A stretch of 64,000 nt of DNA from Macrostomum hystrix (Eukaryota; Animalia; Platyhelminthes): assembly GCA_950097015.1 (NCBI GenBank), contig CATNEN010000039.1, positions 15,748,001 through 15,812,000 on the forward strand, read 5' to 3'. Position numbers and translations under genes: made by a program. The notes beneath the pieces were generated by a model that did no database searches, was not told where the DNA came from, and was given only the letters and a program-made list of their open reading frames with translations. Below are positions 11,749-24,610 of this stretch, piece after piece (the stretch's first letter is position 1; each line of letters opens with the position of its first letter).

Positions 11749-12281
11749 CTATTAGAAATCTTTCTAGCTTATTGGAGTTTCTCTCTAACAAAGAAGCATT
11801 GAACTTTACAAGCATCGAATGAATGTTTCCCATGGGCCCATATTTGACAGACTCTTTAGACAGAGCCAGGTTAACGAAAGCTAGTGACTTTTCTTCAATC
11901 ACATCAAATCGTTCTTTCTCAGATTCCTCCGCACCTCAGATCCCGCATCCTATGCCACGGATCCCATATCCCAGAAATACATCCAATATGGGATACAGCT
12001 GATCCTACATCCGAGATCCTATATCTCATTCGACAGACCTCAGATCCCAAATCGCAGATCCTGAATCGCACATTCCGAATCGTGATTGAAAAAGCACTTT
12101 TAAGTTCCAATCAACCCGAATAATAATAGAGAGCGGAGGGACAGGATTTTGAAGTGTCTGGGTGGGGTCTCACAATGAGTCATGCTCATGGGATTGTCTA
12201 TACACTGTCCTTAACACCACTTTGCAAAACGATGCTGCGGAAGCAACGACTGACAAGACTGAAGAGGCACAAAGAAAAGTC

Positions 12282-12665
12282 TTGGGTGTCTAACAGTATT
12301 GGGTGTCTAACAGTATTGGGTGTCTAACAGTATTGGGTGTCTAACAGTATTGGGTGTCTAACAGTATTGGGTGTCTAACAGTATTGGGTGTCTAACAGTA
12401 TTGGGTGTCTAACAGTATTGGGTGTCTAACAGTATTGGGTGTCTAACAGTATTGGGTGTCTAACAGTATTGGGTGTCTAACAGTATTGGGTGTCTAACAG
12501 TATTGGGTGTCTAACAGTATTGGGTGTCTAACAGTATTGGGTGTCTAACAGTATTGGGTGTCTAACAGTATTGGATGTCTAACAGTATTGGGTATCTAAC
12601 AGTATTGGGTGTTTAACAGTATTGGATGTCTAACAGTATTGGATGTCTAACAGTATTGGGTGTCC
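12282..12665. repeat. 17-bp minisatellite (GGGTGTCTAACAGTATT)n
   Basis: About 22 head-to-tail units with no spacers. Confidence 0.97.
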
Positions 12666-13049
12666 TCCACCCTCCCCCCTCCCCCCCCCAAGGACATTGG
12701 AAAAACCAAAACCAATGACCATAGGCAATGTTCATTATTGTTTCATTATTGTTGATTATTGTTCTGCGTACATAAGGCAGAAGGTACATAAGGTACATAA
12801 GATAAAAATCGATCAATGAACCGCATTCTGCACAGTGCACTTTTATGAAATACTTGCAAACAGGTCAATTATTTGTAATAGAAGTTTTAACATAAAATTA
12901 GGAAATAGTGTTTCTTTCCGGCTTTTCCACGAAATTGCCTTGTTTATGGAGGTTACTTTCCTAAAATGTTAACACTACCTAGTCAACTAGTTGCCTAGCA
13001 TCTATCCACCTAGCACCTAACAACACCATATGCATGCACATAGTACGTG

Positions 13050-15300
13050 TAAGATGATTCCTTGACCTCTTCTGTCAACTCCTGCGCGCCTGCGTGGTGC
13101 CGGGCTACGTGTCGGCGCCGTGGAGAGAGGCCTGGGTGGCCCACCTGAACGGCTGCCGACGCTCTGCGTCAGGAAAGGCCCCCCCCCAGCGCGGAGTCCT
13201 CCCCCCCGTTTCTGTGGAACCTCGTTATGGATGAGCTGCTCAACGCTGCTCAAAGGACATCATCTTCCAGAAGCAAACTAAATGCTTGGTCTTAACGCTC
13301 GATCACAGGCTCAGCTGGACTCCTCATGTCTACGCTAAAGCCAAAAAGGCCTTTGCGATCCTGGCGCAGCTGCGCAGGGCGGTGGCAACACTTGGGGTCT
13401 CACCCCCAAACGTCTATGGTGGATCCACACTGCTATGGTCAGACCGGCTGTTTCGTACGCCAGACTGATCTGGGCTAGTGCCCTGCAGCTAAAGACCTGC
13501 CTTGAGACTCTTCGGAGAGTGCAAGGTCGCGCGTGTCGCATGATCATGAGCGCCGCGCCATCCGCCCCCTTCGACGGCCTCAGCGCCTTCCTGAATATCC
13601 TCCCGCTTGATATTTTTAGCTTGATATTTTTATCCGCGGTGAGGCGGCAAAAACCGCCCGGCGTCTCCTTGATGCCGGAGTGCGCTTCGTCCCCCAACGA
13701 GCGGCAGCAAAACGAAAGCTCCTGCCGCACACGGACCTTTGCCTGAGAGATTTGGGCGCGAGCAACGGAATCAATGTCCTCACGGACGGAGAACCGCGCA
13801 CGCTCAACCTCCTTCAGTGCTTTAAGGTTCTCATCCCCACCAGGGACCAAGCTAGCGACCACTGGAACACCCAGGAGGTCCACTGCTACACGGACGGATC
13901 CATGAAGGATGGCTCCGCTGGCTTCGGGGTCTGTATCCTAGTCAACGGACGTGTTGTCGCCACACACGCCCAACACACTGGAAATTCCTCGAGCGTTTTC
14001 CAGAACGAGGTCCTGGCCATCAGCTCCTGCGCTGCGGAGTTAAACGAGAAAAACATCTCAGGCAGGACTATCATCTTTCACTCGGACAGTCAGGCTGCTC
14101 TGCAAGCCCTCTGTCACACCACCACAACCTCCCGGACAGTCTCTGACTGTGTCCGGCAGCTTAACAACCTGGCCGGTAAGAATACCGTCAGACTCCAGTG
14201 GAAACCAGGGCATGCCGGTTTTCCTGGAAACGAGCTTGCTGACTCCCAGGCCAAGCAGGGAGGCGCCAGCTCTGCGCCGGGCCCCTCCCCCCGGTTCCAA
14301 TTCCGAACACCGTCATCTATCGTCTAATGACTGGGCCGCCAACCTCCATCTTACCCGGTGGAGAAGCACTTACTTGCCGCCAATCCAAAGCGGCAGTCTC
14401 AGTGCCATCCACTCGGCTCCGGAAGGTCCTTCTAAACCAGACCCGGAAGGACATCCGGGCCCTCACCATGACCCTCACGGGCCATGGCTGCTACGCCAGG
14501 CACTGTTTCCTCCGAGGAGACCTCCGGGGTGAGCTGTGCCCGTTCTGCAACCTTTAGAACGAGGATGCCCTGCACTTCGTCTGTCACTGCCCTTTCTTCA
14601 CCAGAGAGAGGCTTAATGACCTCGGACCAAATCCATCCATGGACGACGCTTGCAGATCCGAGAACATCCCGCGGCTCGTCCGGTTCCTAAGGGCTACCAG
14701 ACGAGCATCTTTCTTCCCTAGTGAAGAGCAAGCTGCAGGAAGGACCGGCCACGGACCTCCCTGACTGGCCCCGCGCCATCGGCCGATTGCGGGTCTTTCA
14801 ATGATTAGCGGAATGGGCGACCCCCTCCTCCCCGCTGTGTCCATCGGACCGCCCTGCAGATAAGTCAAGTAAGTCAAGAGCTGCTCAACGTTGCTCAGCC
14901 AGATCCTTTCCAAAAAGTGGGCTACGCTGATGATTTGACCGTGATTTGCCGGACACCACCAGAACATTCTGCGGGGCTTCATCGACAAATCGGAGCGCTG
15001 AGCGGACCAAAGCGGGCTGAGGCTCTCGGAGTCTATAATCGGAGCGGTTATGCTTACCAGCAAGCTCTTTTGGAACCTATATGGCAAGGAGATCGCCATG
15101 GAGAAGCAGGTCCGATGCCAATCACCCTCGATGGCAAGGAGATCGCCATGGAGAAGCAGGTCCGATGCCAATCACCCTCGATGGCAAGGAGATCGCCATG
15201 GAGAAGCAGGTCCGATGCCTTCGGATTATCCTCTACCGCAGGGTCAACTGAACGCCTCACATCCGCGTCAAAGCTAGGAAGGCCTATTCTACTTTCAGTA
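13050..15300 (+). mobile_element. Decayed LINE reverse-transcriptase fragment interrupted by a second LINE
   Basis: PQRGVL.PFLWNLVMDELLN (13185-13245) resumes as VAQPDPFQKVGYADDLTV (14890-14943); a 58-bp tandem duplication lies at ~15082-15218. Confidence 0.7.
13253..14877 (+). mobile_element. 5'-truncated RNase H-bearing LINE (I/R1/Loa-like), frameshifted
   Basis: LTLDHRLSW..H, CYTDGS, SVFQNEVLAI, SDSQAAL, QWKPGHAGFPGNELAD, LTGHG, CPFC..ED.LHF.C zinc knuckle; 3' tail (TAAGTCAAG)2; flanked by a ~20-bp direct repeat GAGCTGCTCAACG(C/T)TGCTCA at 13233 and 14878. Confidence 0.85.
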
Positions 15301-15309
15301 GCATTGATT

Positions 15310-16172
15310 CAGTAGCTATTCCACACCGCGGTCGGCGCGGCGCTCGAGCAGCGGGTCGGAGGCGCCTGGCAGCCGCTCGCTTTCTTCAGCCGCTGTCCCG
15401 CTGCACGGTCTCCTCGGTGCGGCCCCGGCTGCTCCCCGGCGTGGACTTCGCGGCGATGGTGCAAGCGCAGGCAGCGGACCCGGCCGTCCTGGCCGATGCC
15501 AGCCTCCAGCTCGAGCCCCTGCAGCTCAGCCCCGGTGTCGCCCTGCTCTGCGACATCTCGACCGGCCGGCCGCGGCCGCTGGTGCCGCCAGACTTCCGCC
15601 GCGCCGCTTTCGACGCCATCCACGGCCTCGCGCACCCGTCGGTTCGCAGCACGCGGCGCCTCGTGGCCGCCAAGTTCGTGTGGGTCGGCATGAACCGGGA
15701 CGTCAGCAGGTGGGCCCGCGTCTGCGTCGCCTGCCAGACGGCCAAGGTGCACCGCCACGTCGCCGCCCCGGTGGACAACATTCGCGTGCCAGACCAGCGC
15801 TTCGCATACGTGCACGTCGACCTAGTGGGGCCGCTAGCGCCGTCGCAGGGTTTCACGCACCTGCTGACCATCGTGGACCGCTTCACCCGCTGGCCGGAGG
15901 CGATCCCGATGACCGATACGTCCGCCGCCGCCTGCGCCGCCGCCTTCATCGCTCATTGGATCGCCCGGTTTGGCGTGCCGAGCGACATCACCTCGGACCG
16001 CGGTCCCCAGTTCACCTCGCAGCTGTGGTCCAACGTCTCCCAGCTCCTCGGCATGCAGCTGCACCGGACCACGGCTTTCCATCCGCAGGCGAACGGGCTG
16101 GTAGAGCGGTTCCACCGGCAGCTGAAGGCCGCCCTCATGGCGAGGCTGGCAGCGCCGGCCTGGGTCAGCGAG
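15310..16172 (+). mobile_element. Ty3/Gypsy integrase fragment, 5' part (continues at 23078-23375)
   Basis: HHCC motif (HGLAHPS...CVAC), VHVDLVGPL, SDRGPQFTS, FHPQANGLVERFHRQLK; reading frame ...AWVSE|LQWVLLGIRT is split by the Bel/Pao insertion. Confidence 0.9.
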
Positions 16173-19100
16173 TGTCGCGGAAATCATTATTGTTAAACTG
16201 TTATCTATCTATTATCGATTTTTCCCCGTGTCCCTTTCCATATTGACCCCCCTCCAGTCTAGCTTCTGCACCCACCTTGTTTTCTCTCCCTCTACGCACG
16301 TTATTGTATGTTAACCCCAATGTACATCCACCCAGGGTTTCGTACCCTCTTTTGTCTCTCCTCACTGTCGGCCCCAATTCCTTCCTTGCATATCGAAATA
16401 TAATATAGTTAGAGGCCCGGGGCAAGGCCTTTGTCGGTCGTTCACATTTCTAGCCCGTTCAAATCAATACCATTAGTTAACCTCATTTTCTTAACATGGC
16501 GCCCGATGAAATTGAACTTTTGTGAATTTTACGTGCATATCGACTGTGTTAGTCGCATTCGTCTTTCGCCATATCGGACTCGTTGGCGCTAGTGTCTCGA
16601 ATATCATTAGCGTCAGTTTCGACTCGTATCTAGTATATGCCAGCCTATCTTTAGTGAACCCGTTTTCACTTGAGCTGGTTGCTTCGTTAGAATTCTGCTC
16701 GCACTAGGACTCAGCTTCGTCGGCCCGATTTCGGAGTTCTCTGGTCTACTGGTCAACTCTCGTCAGCAGCAGTAAGGTTCTCGGATCCGTAGTCACGTCT
16801 CGTTCTCGGTGGATCGGGTGACCGGCTGTCTCATTCTTTCGTGTCGCCAGGGTGCTCAAAAGCGGTCCGACTGTAATCAACGCGTCCTAAGCTAAGCAAA
16901 ATTTCGTGCCATTCTGCTATACTAATTCTCTAATTGCTCGTTTTCCACTTTGTTTTGTTTTCGCTGAACGCTATCCCCAATTATTGTTATCAAAAAATTT
17001 CGGTTGTTCTGGGTCCATTGCGCTCCCTCCTTGGCTCACTCATTGTTGCTACCCGTTGCTGGTCGCGTTTCCGTTCCTGATGTCGTCTCAGATGAAGAAG
17101 AGGTCAGTTATTCGTGCAGCAGTCACTCGGACTATCAATAGAGCCGAGAAAATCTTGAGTTTGGAATCTCTGGATGCGGAGGCAAAGGCTGATGCGGAAG
17201 CATACATAGACTTACTCGAGAACAAGCTGGAAGCTCTGGAAGAGGCTGACGCATTAGTTCAGGAAGAGCTGGCGGAAGATAAGATGGAAGCTGAGCTTGA
17301 AGAAAGTTATGAATATTCGTTTCGTGGTCGCAAGTATATCAAACTCTTAGGAAGCATTTTAGCATCAACTGTGAAATCGCATTCGCCGGATGCTCCTTCG
17401 CAATCTGAGCATAGCGCTCAACCTCAGGCTCAGGCCCTTCCTCAGGTCAAACTTCCTAAGCGTGAACTGCCCACATTCAACGGCACAATCGCTGGTTGGC
17501 AACCCTTTTGGGATCAATTCTCTTCTTCTGTGGATTCAAATTCGTCCCTCGCTGAGGTTGACAAGTTTAATTATCTGCTTGCATCTCTTTCCGAATCGGC
17601 AAAGGCTTGCATTCGGGGTCTCGCTGTGACTGGTGCCAATTATCAGGCTGCTATCGAGATTCTCACAGGTCGCTTTGGCAAGCCAGATCTCATCATTAGA
17701 GACCTCATGCACCAGCTTTCCGAACGGACACTTCTCTGTCCAGCCTTCAACGATTTCACGACGATGTTTCGGCTGCTGTCCGCAGCCTAGAAGCTCGAGG
17801 CGTGAATCCGACCTCTTATGAGAGTCTGTTGCTGCCGAACTTGCTCAAGCGATGTCCCGACGAGTTTAGACTGGAGCTTCTTAAATCAGCGAATCAAGCA
17901 GGTGCGGATTGTGATTCCATCAAAGAGTTCTTGCGTCTTCTGAGTGCGGACATTGAGGTTCGCGAGAAGGCTGCCGTCATTGGCAAAAGGTCAGGTCAAG
18001 ATCGGGATCGGCTTGCCAGCCTGCCAAAGCCTTCGCTTTCTACCTTAGCAGTCCAATCCGGCCCGAAGGATTTCTCGAGGGGGTCTGCGGGACAGGTGTA
18101 CTGCACCTACTGCGGGTTAGGGCACAGGTCCGAAGCGTGCAACAAGTTTGCCACGGTTGCTAGTCGCCGCGCCCGCCTGCAACAAGAGAATCGCTGTTTT
18201 CGCTGCTTGCGCACGGGACATGGGCTTCGCATGTGCAATGATTCACGGAAATGCAGAAACTGCGGAGGAGCTCATCACGTGAGCATTTGCGTCCCTGCAA
18301 CTCATACACCTAAAACTAGCGGTCAGCACATACATGTAGCTCAAAATGAAGGCGGGAAAAAGGGGAAAAGACCTATGTCACGTGACCAGTGTCTACCGAC
18401 CTCCGCCGAGCAGACAGATGCCACACTTCAAAAACAGTCTACGTCTACGCTCAACAACTCGAACCCAGCGTCAGCTGCTGGTTCCTCGGTCACTGTGTGT
18501 GCCACACGAGATGATCGGAAATTGTCGGGTTCACCGACGATCTCTTCAAACCATTTTACAGCGACAATGTTTGTCAGTAGTAATCCATCAGTTGCCCTTC
18601 CCGTTGCCAAGGCTATTCTGCTTAGCCCTGACGGTCAACGAGAGCTTCTAGTTCGGGTTCTGTTGGACACGGCTAGCAATAGGTCATACATTAGGGAAGA
18701 TGTGTGTGAGCTCTTAGGCATCGAGTCCGCCACAACTGAATCATTGACGGTATCGACCTTCACAGGTATCAAGGCTACAATTGCATCAGGTAGCGTCTCA
18801 ATCTCAATTCGAAAAATTGATTTGCACCAGGTTCTGAAATTGCGTGCTAATGTTGTCAAAGAGATCTGCCAGCCTCAGCGCTCAGTCTTAGTGAACGAAT
18901 TCCCTCACCTGCAAGGCTTGGACTTAGCGGATCCGTACGACCCGCGTGATGCAAGCACACCGATCTCGATCCTAATTGGCGCTGATCACTACTACGATAT
19001 TGTCGGTGGTGAAGTCGTTCGTGGGCGTGATGGACCAGCAGCTGTGTCGTCCAAGCTGGGATTCGTTCTCTGTGGACCAGTGAAACTTGGAGACACATTG

Positions 19101-22100
19101 TCTAGTCGCTCCAGTAGTGCCACGCTTGAAGGCCAGCTCAACGCAACTCAAGCTCTATGCTGCTCTGCTGCTGATCCGCTTGTCATACGAAAAACGCATG
19201 AGTGTGAACTCTCAGACTTCTGGAGACTCGACACGCTTGGTATCCTAGGAACTCAGCATGAATCGTCAGTCGATGCATTTGCCTGTGAACCTCAGCTGGT
19301 CAATGGACGCTATGAAGTCAAACTTCCGTGGAAGCTGCCGCAAGAGTCTCGATCGCTGAAAGATCACTTCGACATGGCATACAAACGCCTGAGCTCGTCG
19401 GTGCGTGCTCTTTCCCGGAATCCCGACATCGTCGAGAAAGCGAACCAGATCATTAGAGAACAGGAGGCGAGTGGCATTATTGAGAAAGTTCCTGGCACAG
19501 ATCTGCAGGAGTCCGTCGACTGTCACTATCTACCACACAGTTGTGTGACTAAGATGGACAGTGAAAACACGAAGTTGCGGATTGTCTTCGATGGCTCTGC
19601 ACGTGCTGGTCACGGAGATTTCTCCATTAATGACCACCTTCAAGTGGGCCCGACCGACCTTCCCAGAATTCCAGCGATTCTTATTCGCTTTCGCCGCAAT
19701 CCAGTTGCTGTTCTGGGAGATATTGAGAAGGCCTTCCTTCAAATCTCTATTCATGCTAGCGAACGTGACAAGCTGAGATTCTTATGGCCTGATCCTGATA
19801 ATGAACAGCAAATTTTGCATTATCGGTTCTGTCGTCTGCCTTTTGGCTTGACATGCTCACCAGGTATTCTGAGAACGACCATTCTACATCTAGTTGACAC
19901 GCACGTGTCCGTCTTTCCGCAGTATGCTCAAATCATTTGACAAGACCTCTACGTCGACAACTTAGTGACCAGTTGTAAGTCTGAGGCTGAGGCTCTCGAC
20001 CTCTACAGTGCAGTCAAACGTCTGTTTGGCCTAGCAGACATGAACATGCGACAGTGGATGTCGAATTCTGACATTTTCAACCAAGCACTGCCTGCTCAGG
20101 ATGTTGGTCACGCTGCCAAAGTCTTAGGTATTCAGTGGCACGCAGACCGAGATGCGTTCACCTTGGAATTTCGCGAGTTGGCGAGTCAAACAGAGAGACC
20201 CTCTTCAAAACGCAACATGCTTCGCCTACTCGCGACTGTGTATGACCCAATCGGCATTCTGGCACCCGCCGTGATTATTGCAAAGGTGTTACTGCAGCAG
20301 TTGTGCATCCGGAAAGTCGAGTGGGATGACAATCTTCCGCTGGATATTGATCAGGCCTGGACATCGTGGCTAAAGTCCTGGTCCAACAGCGTTTTTGAGG
20401 TCCCTCGCTACATTTTCAGGCGTTAGATTCCTTTCCAAGCAACATCGAACTTCACGGCTTCTGCGATGCAAGTGAGACAGCCTTTGCTGCATGCATCTAT
20501 GCCCGCGCCAAATCTGAATCTGGCGGTATCTCTACGACGCTGCTCTTGGCAAAATCGCGTGTCGCTCCACTTTCGAATCTGTCCATTGCTCGGTTGGAGT
20601 TACTGGGTGCACTCATCTTAGCACGCCTCATGCATCTCGCGTCACAGCAATTTCCTGACGCTGCTCGCTTCTTGTGGACAGACAGTTTAACTGCGCTGTT
20701 TAACCCCTCTGCTGAGCGCACAGATCTTCCAGCACCCGTTCGCGAAGCCGTTGAAGTCGAATCTGCTAAGGTGCTTAGTGTGACAGCTTCCGACACAGAG
20801 CATTCGGATAGCGTGGCTCTTGACCCACTGGGTTATGGCATCTCAACGCTTCTGGAGATCAAGCGTTTCTCTTCATTCAACAGGTTGCTCCGCGTGACAT
20901 CATGGGTCAGGCGGTTCATCTTTAACATGCGTGCTTCCGTGACGAGTTTGCCACTGCTCCAATCTACGTTTCTAACGGCAGCTGAGCTGAACGAAAGCGA
21001 AGTCTTGTGGCTTGGCGCAACTCAGAGGGCGGCCTTCGAAAAGGAGTTCAACCATTTACTTGGAAAGACAGCGACCACACCGCTTAACAGAGATCTGAAC
21101 CTGTTCGTTGACAGCAACGGCCTGCTTCGTTCCCAAGGCTGCATTGGTGAAGTGTTCTCATTTCAAACCAATAATCCCATTCTGATCCCACGGCACAGTC
21201 GTCTCGAGCAGCTCGTTATTGAGCGAGCTCATCGGTCTGTCGCACATGGGGGAGTGGCGGCTACGCTATGCAAAATCCGAGAGAAGTTCTGGATACTCAA
21301 AGGCCGTCAGAGGGTGAAGCAGGAGCTTTCGCATTGTGTTGTATGCCGGAAGATGCAAGGTCGCGCTTACTCAGTGCCTGTTATTCCCCAATTGCCGCAG
21401 TTTCGGTTGTCAGATGTACGTTCCTTCCAGACGGTCGGTCTCGACTATTTTGGTCCGATTTTATATCGGACGGGGGAGGGTGATGGCGCTAGCCAGCTGC
21501 TGTCTAAGGCGTACGTCTTACTTTTTACGTGCTCATCCTCTCGAGCAGTGCACCTAGAGCTTCTGCCAGACCTGTCGACTCAGCAGCTTTTGCACGGACT
21601 TCGACGTTTCGTAGCGCGTCGAGGCATTCCTTCCTTAATTAGCGATAATGCGAAGACTTTCCGGTCTGCTGCACGAATCCTCGGTGCAAGCACTAGTGAG
21701 CAAGTGCAATCTTTCTGCGCTGAGCAACGAATTGTCCCGAGTGCAACGAGTTTATTCCCGAGAAGGCCCCTTGGTGGGGTGGATTTTGGGAACGACTCGT
21801 CGGTGTGGTGAAAAGCGCTCTGAAGAAAAGCGTCGGTCGCGCACAGCTCGGCTTCGATCAGCTGGCCACAACAACAATAGAAATAGAAGCTGTCGTCAAC
21901 AGTAGACCGCTGCTTTACGTCTCCGCAGATGACAAGAGCGAAGTCATTACACCCTCACACTTTCTGAGTGGTGTACGTCTTACTCTTGAGCCTGACAAGT
22001 ACTCTGAATTTTCGTCCGTTGTGCTGCCACTTTCGAGCCGTCTTAAATTGCTTCGAAAGGCGTTGAATTCATTTTGGGACGTCTGGCACACGTCGTATGT

Positions 22101-23077
22101 CACAGCCCTCCGGGAGAAGTCGTTAAAGGTGCAAGGTGGGGGCCCGGAGCCCAAACCTGGCGATGTTGTCGTCGTCAGCGGCGAGCTGCGCCAACCTAGG
22201 CTGTCGTGGAAGTTGGGTGTGATTGAGTCAGTCTGCAGAGGTCGGGACGGTTTCTGTCGCTCGGCTCTAGTGCGGGTAGTCAGTGGTGTAGGGGGTCGAA
22301 GGTTGGAGCGCATTAGACGACCAGTGCGGGCCTTAGTGCCACTTGAAGTCTCTGAATAGCTATTTGTTGTTTCAGTGTATGCCTTGAAGTTTCCATAATC
22401 AATGGGAAATAAACTTCAAGCAAATTTTCTTGTGCTTTGTCCATTTAAGATTGTAATTCATTCGCTTATCCAGTCTCTCATCCGTGCTTATCTCGTATTA
22501 GCGTTAAGTAATTTCGCCTTTGGTGTTGGTGTATTTATTAAAATTTCTTCACCAGTCAGCAATGGCTACTCACTCTAAACTGTTACGCATGCTTGTTACT
22601 TCGCTCGTGTTTCGCCTTGGTGTTGGTGTATTTTTCCCCATATTTTCAATCCAAAAAACCATGCTTATTCCCTTTGAACTGTCACGCCTGCTTTTGAGCA
22701 AGGTCTCGTTTTATTAAATTTTTCATGAAAAATGGTTCCCATTTTTGGGGGAGTGTCGCGGAAATCATTATTGTTAAACTGTTATCTATCTATTATCGAT
22801 TTTTCCCCGTGTCCCTTTCCATACTGACCCCCCTCCAGTCTAGCTTCTGCACCCACATTGTTTTCTCTCCCTCTACGCACGTTATTGTATGTTAACCCCA
22901 ATGTACATCCACCCAGGGTTTCGTACCCTCTTTTGTCTCTCCTCACTGTCGGCCCCAATTCCTTCCTTGCATATCGAAATATAATATAGTTAGAGGCCCG
23001 GGGCAAGGCCTTTGTCGGTCGTTCACATTTCTAGCCCGTTCAAATCAATACCATTAGTTAACCTCATTTTCTTAACA
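16173..23077 (+). mobile_element. Full-length Bel/Pao LTR retrotransposon, disabled
   Basis: 324-bp LTRs at 16173-16496 and 22754-23077 (TG..CA, 2 mismatches seen); 5-bp TSD GCGAG; PBS TGGCGCCCGA at 16497; PPT just before the 3' LTR. Confidence 0.97.
17080..22359 (+). pseudogene. Bel/Pao gag-pol polyprotein broken by frameshifts and stops
   Basis: Gag KLPKRELPTFNG..WQPFWDQF, three CCHC knuckles, protease LLDTAS, RT (DIEKAF, LPFG, in-frame TGA at 19938 before DLYVDN), RNase H (HGFCDAS, AKSRVAP), integrase (GLDYFGP, SDNA), C-terminal RRPVRALVPLE; Bel/Pao domain order. Confidence 0.9.
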
Positions 23078-23375
23078 GCGAGCTACAGTGGGTGTTGCTC
23101 GGCATCCGGACGGCCCACAAGGAGGACCTGCCAGCATCGTCGGCCGAGCTGGTCTACGGCACGCCCCTCTGCGTGCCCGGCGAATGCCTGCAGCCCAGCC
23201 AGCCCGCCGGCCCAGCCAGTTCCTGGGACAGCTCCGCAGCGCCGTGCAAGCCTTCCGGCCGACGCCGACAGCGCATCACGGCAGTCACCGCACCGCTTGG
23301 CCGGCGGCCCTCGACGCCTGCACCTACGTTTTAGTGCGGCGGGATGGTCACCGAGCTCCGCTGCAGAAGCCCTAC
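23078..23375 (+). mobile_element. Ty3/Gypsy integrase fragment, 3' part
   Basis: LQWVLLGIRTAHKEDLPASSAELVYG...YVLVRRDGHRAPLQKPYD continues the ORF broken at 16172. Confidence 0.85.
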
Positions 23376-23765
23376 GATTATTTCTGCCTATTGTTTACAA
23401 GTTAAAGTACTAGTCTGTTTCAATTGATTGTAGTTTTTCACAACTGATGATTTTTATCCATGTATCAACTAATCAATTAATCAATCAATCAAACTATTTG
23501 TTAAACATATATATTTAAACTTATATCATTTCACGCAAAATATGCACTTGTAGTCTGGCTTGTTGGTGCGCGTGCACTTAGATGTGCACGCGCGGCTTGT
23601 TTGGGGTGGGGGGTTTAGCGCTGCAGCGTGCGTTCGCTTAGGGTGGTTGCACCCACCCCAACTTTGCCGTTAAATATATTGGCGTGAGCCAGTGAGGGCT
23701 CCTGGCGTGTTTGTTATGTTCTACAACTTAACCCACGGTCTTACACTGGTGGCAGCGGTCTCACT

Positions 23766-24560
23766 ATGGCCAAATCAGAGCAAGCCAGTCTATTGCCTTC
23801 AAAGTTTAGCGGCGACTCCAACGTGAGAACGTGGCTCAGCACGTTTGAGGACTTCGCCGACGACTGCGAATGGGACGACAAGAAGAAGGCAAAGAAGCTG
23901 AGACTGCTGGTGACAGGAGAAGCACAAATCTTCGTCTGGGAGCAGCCAGAAGACGTGTCAGCCAGCTATGAAAAGCTGAAGGAGAAGCTGATCGAGTGCT
24001 TTGGCAACAGTCTAAGCTGCTACAGAGCAATGGAGGACTTTGAAGAGCGTAAGCGACAGCCTAACGAGTCGCTGAGGGAGCTGGCCTACAGCCTGAAGCT
24101 TCTCCACCTTCGGGCCCGCCCGGACGACTCCGTGGCGGCTCGGGAAAAGGACGTAAAGTTTCGCCTGATGCGCCTCCTGCCATCTGCCGTGCGAGATGCG
24201 CTGTTGAAGGACCAGGACGTGGACTCGTGTTCGCTGGCCGCCATCGTCGACAGAGCTGCGCGGCTTGAGCTGGTGAGCCACGCGACTACAGCCTCATCAG
24301 CTGCGGTGTCAGTGGAAGACAGACGGCTGAGCCAGCTGGAGCAGCAGATGCAGCAGCTGACAGCCAGCGTGCGAGCGGGACCACCCGGAAGAGACAGGCG
24401 TCAGAAGGGACCCATTAAGTGCTTCAGCTGCGGCGAGCTGGGTCACATCGCTAGGCGGTGCCCAAAGGCGACCGGCATCCGCTGCAGCCGGTGCTCAGGC
24501 AAAGGTCACTCCGCCGCGGTGTGCCCGACACCAACTGGACAGCCGCAGGGAAACTTCTGA
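23766..24560 (+). CDS. gag: Gypsy Gag with two CCHC zinc knuckles
   Basis: PSKFSGDSNVRTWL..F capsid-like start; CFSCGELGHIARRC and CSRCSGKGHSAAVC. Confidence 0.93.
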   Translation: MAKSEQASLLPSKFSGDSNVRTWLSTFEDFADDCEWDDKKKAKKLRLLVTGEAQIFVWEQPEDVSASYEKLKEKLIECFGNSLSCYRAMEDFEERKRQPNESLRELAYSLKLLHLRARPDDSVAAREKDVKFRLMRLLPSAVRDALLKDQDVDSCSLAAIVDRAARLELVSHATTASSAAVSVEDRRLSQLEQQMQQLTASVRAGPPGRDRRQKGPIKCFSCGELGHIARRCPKATGIRCSRCSGKGHSAAVCPTPTGQPQGNF

Positions 24561-24610
24561 GGGTCGGCAGCCTGGGGCCAGCACCGACCCGCTCAAAAGG
24601 GGCCCTTAGA
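24548..24610 (+). promoter_or_regulatory. Programmed -1 ribosomal frameshift signal
   Basis: G GGA AAC heptamer in gag phase, followed 6 nt later by the stem GGGTCGG/CCGACCC. Confidence 0.8.

Larger units (their letters stand above)
1678..12160 (+). repeat. Segmental duplication, copy A (paralogous to 37063-45645)
   Basis: Colinear near-identity from CTGAAAATACAGCTGCTAAAAAG (1678 vs 37063). Copy A lacks ~520 bp (B 40219-40737) and 27 bp (B ~42747-42773) and has gained a solo LTR at 9404-11748. Confidence 0.95.
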
